A stretch of 64,000 bases of DNA from a virus, in IMG/VR virus record IMGVR_UViG_3300017971_000276, positions 1-64,000 of that record. One strand, given 5' to 3'. Shown in pieces: positions 1-7,262 of the stretch. Under the pieces are notes generated by a model. The model was not told the DNA's origin. It saw only the letters and a list, made by a program, of their open reading frames with translations, and searched no databases. The translations under genes and the position numbers were made by a program. The first letter of the stretch is position 1. Every line of letters starts with the position of its first letter.

Positions 1-231
1 GGTGGCACCCTACCACCACTACTTAATACTAGGTCTACCAAAATATTTTTCTTTTCTACTTCTCTTATAGATTTTTGTTTTTCAAAATCTTTTCTCTAAA
101 AATATATATTTCTCAATTTATCCCCTATATAGATCTTGACAATCTATCCGAGCGTGGCTATCTATATCATTATAACTATGGACAAATTGTCCTTAAGCCA
201 AATTGGCAAACATCTAATAGGAGGTGCAGAG

Positions 232-642
232 ATGAGAAAATCTTATCTAATCAGAGACTTACCATTATTATTCGACACATTTTTTCTTAAATGGCCTGAA
301 GCGGCGAAACCACCGATGGATAATTTCCCTATCCTTGACAGCGATGCTTCAAATGGCGAACAATTAAAAGGATGGGAGATTCAATTAGCTCTTGCTGGCT
401 TTACAGAAAAGGATGTAAGGGTTTGGTATGAAGGACAGACTTTACATATTGGAGGAGATAATAGTTCTAACGAAAATATTGGTAGTAAATTCTCTTGTTC
501 TTTTCATCATACCTTAGCTATTTCTAAAGATTTAGATCTAAAGGAGTCTGAAGTTTCTTTAAAAGAAGGCATCCTTTCTATTAAGATCCCGATAAATAGT
601 TCAATAAGAAAAGAGAATCATTTATTTGGTTCTTGTAAATAG
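232..642 (+). CDS. Small heat-shock protein (Hsp20/alpha-crystallin family)
   Basis: Motifs 'WEIQLALAGFTEKDVRV' and 'VSLKEGILSIKIP' are typical of Hsp20/IbpA. Start moved to ATG 232, which follows AGGAGGT (219-225) and is in frame with track ORF 136..642. Confidence 0.85.
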   Translation: MRKSYLIRDLPLLFDTFFLKWPEAAKPPMDNFPILDSDASNGEQLKGWEIQLALAGFTEKDVRVWYEGQTLHIGGDNSSNENIGSKFSCSFHHTLAISKDLDLKESEVSLKEGILSIKIPINSSIRKENHLFGSCK

Positions 643-680
643 CTTTGTCTTCCGATCTATCTTTCCTTTCTTAATTCTTG

Positions 681-689
681 TGCTATACT
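681..689 (+). promoter_or_regulatory. Putative extended -10 promoter (TGCTATACT)
   Basis: TGnTATACT in the AT-rich gap upstream of ORF 744. No clear -35. Confidence 0.45.
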
Positions 690-743
690 TAATTTAAGCG
701 AAAACCTTTTTGGGGGAGGGCCAACAAAAGGGAGGAATATAAA

Positions 744-1073
744 TTGACTGATACGGATGATAAGATTGCTGTTGCCATTAAGAGATCTCAACCTGATTGG
801 GCGAAGTGGATTGGCTTACTTTTGACAGTACTCTCTCTTACTGTAGCTGCTGTTGTGTGGGCGAGCACAGAACATTCTGATATTCGATCCTGGACAGCAG
901 ATCAAGACTATGTTACAAAACAAGAGTTAGAAAAGTCTTTTGAGAGACAATACGTACCAAAAGAAGATTTTTCTAGAGTAGAACAGAGTATTATTGATCA
1001 AAAAGAGGATATAAAAGAAATCAAAGATAAGGTTGACAAAATCTTTGAAGTTATCCACAGAAGAAACAGGTGA
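744..1073 (+). CDS. Single-TM membrane protein with C-terminal coiled coil (holin-like, uncertain)
   Basis: Hydrophobic run WIGLLLTVLSLTVAAVVW, then a heptad-rich tail and basic C-terminus. TTG start after a GGGAGG RBS. Confidence 0.5.
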   Translation: MTDTDDKIAVAIKRSQPDWAKWIGLLLTVLSLTVAAVVWASTEHSDIRSWTADQDYVTKQELEKSFERQYVPKEDFSRVEQSIIDQKEDIKEIKDKVDKIFEVIHRRNR

Positions 1074-1076
1074 TCT

Positions 1077-1361
1077 ATGAATGATCCTCGTAACGATACC
1101 CTACTAAAGTTAGCTTCCCTTAGAGACTCCCTAATACAGTTTGCCAAGCCCGAAGTCCTTAAAAAAATTCTAGACCTTTGTGAAGCTCTTGGCACCGATA
1201 GAAACTCATTCGTTAAACAGTTTAAGTTCTGGGCAGAGAAGAATGGTGAAGATTGTCGCTACGCTGCGATGGCCAAACAATTCTTTTTACAGGATCAAGC
1301 AGAAAGTGTTGCCAAACAGATAAATTGGCTCTATCATAACTGGAGCAAATATTATGAATAA
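1077..1361 (+). CDS. Hypothetical protein
   Basis: 94-aa ORF packed in the operon. No motif recognised. Confidence 0.6.
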   Translation: MNDPRNDTLLKLASLRDSLIQFAKPEVLKKILDLCEALGTDRNSFVKQFKFWAEKNGEDCRYAAMAKQFFLQDQAESVAKQINWLYHNWSKYYE

Positions 1362-1371
1362 GGAGAACAAT

Positions 1372-1842
1372 ATGGAACTTAGAAACAAACTTTGTCGTCT
1401 TTTAGAAATCGCGCAAGAAAAACTATCTCCGCCGAAACAGGATCTCAGTTTTGAAAGGCTGATCTATACAATGGGCTCTGCCGATCCTCGTCCCTTCTCA
1501 AAGCTTACAAAAGGTTATAATTCTTTCTCAGGTTGTGACATCAAAATTATCATAGATGGTAAAACATCTGCTGCAACACAAAGCCTTTGTTGCGACGAAT
1601 ACATCGATGAAGAAGGCAAGAGACAAGTATCAGGTTCTGCTTCTTTTATTGTTTTTGATAAACCTTTTGATTATCTTGGCAAAACAGTAAGACTTATCGC
1701 CAATGGCGCAGACGAGTATGGGAATTTCGCTACATTCTTTGATGAGGAAGTTACATTCATTTCTAAAAAATATGAGTTATCTATTGAGAATGTTGTGGTT
1801 GAAGAACACTATACTTTCAAAATGAAAACCAAAGATGAATAA
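1372..1842 (+). CDS. Rearranged paralog of the tail tube protein
   Basis: Shares IYTMGSADPR, GYNSFSGxDIK, GKRxxxGSxxFIxFD, xAxEYG and SIxxxVxExxYT with the tube at 26163..26837. Start at ATG 1372 after AAGGAG (track start 1354). Confidence 0.75.
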   Translation: MELRNKLCRLLEIAQEKLSPPKQDLSFERLIYTMGSADPRPFSKLTKGYNSFSGCDIKIIIDGKTSAATQSLCCDEYIDEEGKRQVSGSASFIVFDKPFDYLGKTVRLIANGADEYGNFATFFDEEVTFISKKYELSIENVVVEEHYTFKMKTKDE

Positions 1843-1891
1843 GAGAGTAAACCTCGTCAAAAAGACAGTAATTGCTTATAAGGAGAACAAC

Positions 1892-2161
1892 ATGTTAAAA
1901 CCGACCACTGATTGGATCCTAACCAAGCCTGTAGCACAAAAAGAGAAAGTAACCGACTCTGGTATTGTCCTTGTTACTAAAGAAGAGGATTCTACTAAAC
2001 TTGTTGAGATTGTTTCTTTTGGCCCCGGCGCAAACAAAGACTCCTCCTTGAAGGCAGGAGATATCGTAATGGTTCCAACTCAAACAGGCTATAAAGTAGA
2101 ATTCGATGGTGAAGCTTTCGAGATGGCCAAAGAACAAAACTTTCTAGGAGTTATTGAATAA
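1892..2161 (+). CDS. groES: Co-chaperonin GroES/Cpn10
   Basis: MLKPTTDWIL...KVTDSGIVL...EIVSFGPG...LKAGDIV...GYKVEFDGE...EQNFLGVIE follows the GroES pattern end to end. ATG 1892 follows AAGGAG. Confidence 0.9.
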   Translation: MLKPTTDWILTKPVAQKEKVTDSGIVLVTKEEDSTKLVEIVSFGPGANKDSSLKAGDIVMVPTQTGYKVEFDGEAFEMAKEQNFLGVIE

Positions 2162-2550
2162 TGAATAGAAAAAGAATAGATCCCATGAAGTATCCTCTAA
2201 AAGAAGGAGAGTCATGGTGGATAGTACATCCTAATCAAAAGGGTGTAGAGTTCAAAGTTCCTTCAGGAGGAGTAACAGTCTGTACTTCAGACTTCCTAGA
2301 CTTCAAACAGAATACTGTTTATACAATCCTGGGTAATGATCCTCATAATGGTTGGATTACACTCCAGTCTTCTATTGAAGTTGTTGAGATGCCCTACTAT
2401 CTATTTGCAAGATACTTTGATGCAGAAGCCTTTGTTAGAGGTATTCTTAATGATCCTACAGAGCTTGAGGGAGCAGAACCGTTTAACTATAGACCGACCC
2501 TCCCAAAAAAGCCGAGCCAACAAATCGAGCTATTTGAGGATGTAAAATAA
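2161..2550 (+). CDS. Hypothetical protein
   Basis: 129-aa ORF with TAATG stop/start overlap at both ends. Confidence 0.65.
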   Translation: MNRKRIDPMKYPLKEGESWWIVHPNQKGVEFKVPSGGVTVCTSDFLDFKQNTVYTILGNDPHNGWITLQSSIEVVEMPYYLFARYFDAEAFVRGILNDPTELEGAEPFNYRPTLPKKPSQQIELFEDVK

Positions 2551-3104
2551 TGCTAGATATTATGAGATTTTTAAATCCTATTCAATTAAAATTTGTGACT
2601 TCTGAAGATACTTGTGTATCTCTTCTTGGGAAGCGTAGATCAGGAAAAACATATACAGCTTTATATACGGTACTTTATCAGATGCTTACTAAAGAAAATA
2701 TTTCTGTAGTTTATGCTGGGCCATACAAGACGCATGTCGATGTCTTCTTCTCTTCTCTCAAGTCTATATTATCTGAATTAGAAGTAGAAGTTGTCAAAGA
2801 TATTAAAGCTCCGTATTATGAGTTGCGTCTTAGTAATGGAAGTCGTATTCGTGGGTTCTCAACTGCGAGTGGAGTTGCTGCTAAAGGTCAAGATGCTGAT
2901 TTGATTCTGCTTGAAGAAGCACAAACGATAGATAAGTTATCTTTTATGGGAATCTTTCTTCCTATGTTGCATTCTAATCCAAAGATTAAGATTAGAACTA
3001 TTGGTACTTTTGATGAATCTACAATTGCAGACAATGCTCTGTTTTCTTCGTTATTTATTTACAATAACAAACAAATTGTTCTTCCTTTGGAAGGTGTGAG
3101 ATAA
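2550..3104 (+). CDS. Stand-alone terminase-ATPase-like protein (short TerL paralog, no nuclease domain)
   Basis: LNPIQ (Q motif), GKRRSGKT (Walker A), APYYELRLSNGSRIRGF, GQDADLILLEE (Walker B). Aligns with the N-terminal half of TerL 8081..10009. Confidence 0.8.
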   Translation: MLDIMRFLNPIQLKFVTSEDTCVSLLGKRRSGKTYTALYTVLYQMLTKENISVVYAGPYKTHVDVFFSSLKSILSELEVEVVKDIKAPYYELRLSNGSRIRGFSTASGVAAKGQDADLILLEEAQTIDKLSFMGIFLPMLHSNPKIKIRTIGTFDESTIADNALFSSLFIYNNKQIVLPLEGVR

Positions 3105-3105
3105 C

Positions 3106-3903
3106 ATGGGTGGATCTGGTTCAGGAAAGCCTAAAGGCGAATTACTTAGATTAGATGGCCATGAGCTTATTGATGGCAAGATTCAGAAGTCTAAATTCTT
3201 TGATTTTTTAGGGATGGATTTATCTGACTATAGTAATGTTACTATGACTCCAGAACAAGCTCTTAAATTTAAGAATACTGTTGTCAGGATGAAGTATGGA
3301 GTTGCTGCTGCGATCCCAATGATTTGTGGCGGACCAAAGTGTCCGAATAAACTTTGTGCATTTCATGATGGAGGTGGTTATCCTTTAGGAAAACAATGTC
3401 TCTATGAGGTTCGTATGATTCAAGCTCTGACACGAAGTTATATGGAAGACTTGGCAGTTGATCCAGATAGTCCTTCTGAAATGACTCTTATTAATAAATT
3501 AGTCGAATGTGATTTGATTGATTATCGCGCCAACCTTGGCCTATCAGGTGGCGTAGATGAAGAAGCAGCAACTCTTCTTTCTACGTCAGTTGTGGATAAT
3601 GGCAAAACGATGTCTGAGTCTATAGCAGTTCATCCTCTTCTAGATGCTAAAGATCGAGCTAATAGAACTCGTATGCAAATACAAGATGCTTTTGCTGCTA
3701 CACGTAGAGAGAAATATAAAAAAGCTGCAGCTCTTAAAAAGTCAGAAGATACAGATGCATCTACCTTCCTTGCCGAAATCAAGTCTGTATTTGAGGAAAC
3801 TCCTCAGCAAGCAGTCTCATCTCTTGATAAAATTAAAGAAGACGCTAAGAAAGTGTCTGAAGATCTTTCAGTCGTAGATGTAGATTGGAGTGCTGATGAA
3901 TAG
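3106..3903 (+). CDS. Cys-cluster phage protein (possible terminase small subunit)
   Basis: CxxxxCPxxxC...C cluster, helical and basic C-terminal half, HPLL motif, upstream of TerL. The TerS role is inferred from position only. Confidence 0.4.
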   Translation: MGGSGSGKPKGELLRLDGHELIDGKIQKSKFFDFLGMDLSDYSNVTMTPEQALKFKNTVVRMKYGVAAAIPMICGGPKCPNKLCAFHDGGGYPLGKQCLYEVRMIQALTRSYMEDLAVDPDSPSEMTLINKLVECDLIDYRANLGLSGGVDEEAATLLSTSVVDNGKTMSESIAVHPLLDAKDRANRTRMQIQDAFAATRREKYKKAAALKKSEDTDASTFLAEIKSVFEETPQQAVSSLDKIKEDAKKVSEDLSVVDVDWSADE

Positions 3904-6734
3904 TGCTAAATCTTTTTGGAATATCGTCTCTTGCTGGCTCTGGTTATCGAGGGCCAAATCCATGGCTTAATCCTACTTATAACCAAGCAGAAGATATTGA
4001 ACGCTATAAAATGATGCGTGCTTCTAAGCTTGGGTCTTCAGAAGCAGAACTATATAAATACTACACTCAGAAAGAAGAAGCTCCAGAGTGGCTTTCCGCA
4101 ACAGCTAGTGCAGGTAGTGCTCTTCACTTACTAGAAGAAGCAAAAGCAGTTAAAGAAGGCAGAGTGAATGCAGCAGAAGAATTTCTCTATGATCCGTCAA
4201 CAATGACAACTGGTCATATTGATATTACTTATCGTTCTGGTGCACCAGCTGATATTAAAACTGTTTCTGCTAAAAGATTTGCTCAAGTCCGGCAACAAGG
4301 TGCATTTAAGAAACATGTTCATCAGTTAAATTGGTATATGAACCAAAAGAACTCTGAAACTGGTTATCTTGAATATATTAATCGTGATGATACTTCTCAG
4401 AGACTTACTCTTGAAATTGGCTATGATCCTGCAATGTATGAGAGAGACATGGAAAAAGTCTCTAGAGTTCGTCGTCGAGTTGAAAGAGAAATTGAAGCTG
4501 GAATATTAAATGAGGATATGCTTCCTAAAACTGCATCTTTAGAAAGATTACAGGAAGCAGCAATTGAGGAAGCTGGTCAGGCTCTTGAAAATACTAAAAG
4601 GATTCCTTATTTAGAGAAGGTTTATCAAGAAGAGATGGACTATCTCAATTCGGTTTCTGCTAAACGAAATCTTCGTAGATCACAGAGAAGATATCAAGGA
4701 TCAAAAGACCAAGTAGCTCAAGGCGGTCAAAGGTGGAGTGGCAGAGATGACAACTATAATACAATTGAAGGTCTTCGTCACGGTGGTGCAGCAGAACACG
4801 TAAGAAAGTCATTAACTGCTTTTGGTTCTGGTTATCAGCGGAATGTCTCTTTGATTCATGTTGCAAAAGGTACTGATACTAGCGAAATTGAAAGAGAAGG
4901 TCTCCTTCCAAGTAAAACAGAGAAAGGTCTTGCTGGAGATGCAGTATATGCAACAACCAAAGAATGGTTCTCTCAAGCTACAGAAGAACAAAAATCTGGA
5001 TTAGGAATTCCTTATGGTTCGGCTTTTGAGTTTAAGGTAGATCCAAAAACTGTATCTGCTGGATGGTCAGAAGGTGGATTCTTTGGGTTGTTCCCGGAAT
5101 ACAAACAAGAAGCTCTTTCTTCTTTCTTGCAAAGAGAAGACAAGCCAGATATTTATGAAGTTACTGTCCCTTATAAAATTAATCCTAGTCAATTAAAGAA
5201 AATCTCTCCAAGAGAATCAAATGAGATTAGTACTGATGAATCTTCTTTCTCTGGTCTTGATGCCATTAAATATGGCGCAAGTGCAACAATGTTATATGCT
5301 GGGCTGACAGCAAAGAATATCCCTTTTAGGGACAGAATGGAAAAGATAGTTGGTAAGAAAGCAGCTCCGTTTGTAACAAAAGCGCCTGCTGCAATTTGGT
5401 TAAGTAATGAAATGCTTTCTCTTTCTACTGATCCTTCGTTAGAAAATGCTGCTCGTTTTGGATTGGGAGTAGCAGGGTGGGAATTAGGAATGAGACAAGG
5501 TACGAAATTAGGCGAGCGATTAGCAAAAGGGAAACATAAGGGTATACCAGGTGTTATTGGTCATATAATGGCTCCTATTGCGTCTAGTGCTTTGTCAAGT
5601 TTATTTAAGCCTTCTAATAGGCCAATTGAAGAGATTGAAGGTTTGCATCCTGGCTCAGAAGGCCTTGGAACTCAATCAGTTCGAGAAATTAGTGCTTTTG
5701 GTTCTGGGTTCGATGCTCTTAAGTCATATCTCCAAAATGAGACGGTAACAAAAGGCAAAAGAGCTTTCTTCTCTGGTCCACAGAAAGAATATGCTGGTTC
5801 TGAGTCTATTATCTCTAGTGCTTTTAGTGGAAGAGATGATGCATATAATACTATTGAAGGTTTACATCCAGGGTCAAATGGGATGGGAGCTTCTTCTATT
5901 AGAAGTCTTACTGATTTTGGTTCTGGTTGGGATCCTCTTAAAGCATTAGCCAGGAACATATTTAAAGATGTAGATAAAGACCAGGCTTTTAAGAAATTAG
6001 TTGGATCTTCAGAATTTCAATCTGCATTAGAACAAGCGACTCAGAAAGGTATTATTGGAGAAGGCATGTTTGGGTCTGTAAGGAAGATGGAGGGAGTTTT
6101 TAGAGGTAAGAAATTTACCTTCGCTAGAAAGACTGGAGAGATTGGGGAACAAGAAGTAGCTGCTATGCGAGCTGCAGAATCTACAGTTGCACCTTCCGTT
6201 TATTCTGCAAAGCCTGGTCAAATCGATATGGAGTTATTTTCTGGCAAGACATTAGGTGAATTAGCACCTAAAGATATTTCTGCACTTGAAGGAAAAGTTA
6301 CTTCTGCTTTTTCTAAAATTCATAGAGCGGGATACGAACATGCAGATCCTCATCTTGGAAATGTGTTTATTACTGATAAAGATCAAATTGGTATTATTGA
6401 CTTTGGTAATGCAAGAAATCTAGCAGAAGTAGGAGGGACTAATGCTGCTAGTGGAGATATTGATATTGTCTCTAGGCTTATTAAAGCTGCTTCAGAAGAG
6501 AAGTCTCAGTTGGCTGCTATTGATCCATTTGCTGCAGCTGATCCGTTTGCTGCTCAACAAGTAGGTTTGCAGGATGTAATGGCTCAACTTCCTGATCCAG
6601 CAATAGACAAAGCAAGAGCTAAAAGAATGAAGAAATTCCGACAAGTGAGTACAGATGCTGTTGGTATTGGCCATAGAGCAGCTTATAAAGCAGGTAGAAA
6701 ACATTCTGGGTTTAGATCAACAGAATCAATGTAG
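3903..6734 (+). CDS. Multi-domain polyvalent protein: PD-(D/E)xK nuclease + ART-like + membrane segment + Ser/Thr kinase, joined by repeated linkers
   Basis: Nuclease: GSALH...GHID...DIKT...HQLNWYM. ART-like: LIH...IEREGLLP...VYAT...YEV. Kinase: GEGMFGSV...K...E...HADPHLGN...DFG. Three linker repeats. Confidence 0.75.
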   Translation: MLNLFGISSLAGSGYRGPNPWLNPTYNQAEDIERYKMMRASKLGSSEAELYKYYTQKEEAPEWLSATASAGSALHLLEEAKAVKEGRVNAAEEFLYDPSTMTTGHIDITYRSGAPADIKTVSAKRFAQVRQQGAFKKHVHQLNWYMNQKNSETGYLEYINRDDTSQRLTLEIGYDPAMYERDMEKVSRVRRRVEREIEAGILNEDMLPKTASLERLQEAAIEEAGQALENTKRIPYLEKVYQEEMDYLNSVSAKRNLRRSQRRYQGSKDQVAQGGQRWSGRDDNYNTIEGLRHGGAAEHVRKSLTAFGSGYQRNVSLIHVAKGTDTSEIEREGLLPSKTEKGLAGDAVYATTKEWFSQATEEQKSGLGIPYGSAFEFKVDPKTVSAGWSEGGFFGLFPEYKQEALSSFLQREDKPDIYEVTVPYKINPSQLKKISPRESNEISTDESSFSGLDAIKYGASATMLYAGLTAKNIPFRDRMEKIVGKKAAPFVTKAPAAIWLSNEMLSLSTDPSLENAARFGLGVAGWELGMRQGTKLGERLAKGKHKGIPGVIGHIMAPIASSALSSLFKPSNRPIEEIEGLHPGSEGLGTQSVREISAFGSGFDALKSYLQNETVTKGKRAFFSGPQKEYAGSESIISSAFSGRDDAYNTIEGLHPGSNGMGASSIRSLTDFGSGWDPLKALARNIFKDVDKDQAFKKLVGSSEFQSALEQATQKGIIGEGMFGSVRKMEGVFRGKKFTFARKTGEIGEQEVAAMRAAESTVAPSVYSAKPGQIDMELFSGKTLGELAPKDISALEGKVTSAFSKIHRAGYEHADPHLGNVFITDKDQIGIIDFGNARNLAEVGGTNAASGDIDIVSRLIKAASEEKSQLAAIDPFAAADPFAAQQVGLQDVMAQLPDPAIDKARAKRMKKFRQVSTDAVGIGHRAAYKAGRKHSGFRSTESM
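4734..4835 (+). repeat. Linker repeat copy 1 (WSGRDDNYNTIEGL...FGSGY)
   Basis: Peptide and DNA similarity to 5823..5930, including an identical tttggttctggtt. Confidence 0.85.
5634..5711 (+). repeat. Linker repeat copy 2, partial (IEGLHPGS...FGSGF)
   Basis: IEGLHPGS is identical to copy 3 and the copy ends in FGSG. Confidence 0.8.
5823..5930 (+). repeat. Linker repeat copy 3 (FSGRDDAYNTIEGLHPGS...FGSGW)
   Basis: Full-length copy upstream of the kinase domain. Confidence 0.85.
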
Positions 6735-6743
6735 TGCTATAAT
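6735..6743 (+). promoter_or_regulatory. Putative extended -10 promoter (TGCTATAAT)
   Basis: Perfect TGnTATAAT in the gap before ORF 6786, followed by an AAGGAG RBS. Confidence 0.6.
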
Positions 6744-6785
6744 ATAGAAAGATATAATTTCTATTTTTAAGGAGTGTGAAAATAT

Positions 6786-7262
6786 ATGTTTGGAAAATTA
6801 CTTGCAGGAACATTAGGCGGTGCTGCTATTGGTGGTCTTTATGGAGCTTCTGGAGGAGGAGGAATGGGTGGAGCTATCGGAGGGGCAGTAATGGGAGGAG
6901 CTTTTGGTGGAGCTGGATTTCGTGCTGCTCGTAGATTTGGTGCTGCCAGAGGGATGAGTATAGCAGGAGGAATGAGAAGAGGCTTAGAGTCTGGTATTCG
7001 AGGAGCTAGATGGGGCAGAGGCAAGCTTACTGGTGTCGCAGCAAGATCTCTTGTTGGAGGTGCTGGGTATGGTGGAGTTGCTGCTGGATATGGTGCAGAT
7101 CTTACAAGAGCAGCTGGGATGGGAATGGCTACTGCTCGTGGTGCTATTGGACGTAATGCTACTGCTGTAAATAAATATGGTGGTATGGCACTTGGCGCAA
7201 TAGGCACAGCTTCTGCTGCTCATATTGGATCTTCAATTATGGCTTCTAATAGAGGGTACTAA
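6786..7262 (+). CDS. Gly/Ala/Arg-rich glycine-zipper protein (putative internal virion/ejection protein)
   Basis: Repeated GGAxxG motifs and a good RBS. Function inferred. Confidence 0.55.
   Translation: MFGKLLAGTLGGAAIGGLYGASGGGGMGGAIGGAVMGGAFGGAGFRAARRFGAARGMSIAGGMRRGLESGIRGARWGRGKLTGVAARSLVGGAGYGGVAAGYGADLTRAAGMGMATARGAIGRNATAVNKYGGMALGAIGTASAAHIGSSIMASNRGY

Noticed and set aside
1-120. GGTGG/CCACC hairpin plus T-rich tract as genome end, pac site or origin
   Set aside because: The stem is only 5 bp and upstream context is missing at the window edge.
136-170. Sigma70 promoter for hsp20 from TTGACA at 136
   Set aside because: The hexamer at 17-bp spacing is TATCTA, lacking the conserved final T, and TATCAT is 23 bp away. 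Not called as a feature.
4110-4480. Cas4/CRISPR association of the PD-(D/E)xK domain
   Set aside because: No Fe-S cysteines, no other cas genes and no repeat-spacer array seen in the window.
4734-5930. Linker repeats read as CRISPR repeats or DGR template/variable repeats
   Set aside because: They are in frame and differ mainly at synonymous positions, not specifically at adenines. Spacing is irregular and no reverse transcriptase is present.
6522-6554. DPFAA-A-DPFAA tandem duplication
   Set aside because: Two short copies in a linker, consistent with ordinary slippage.
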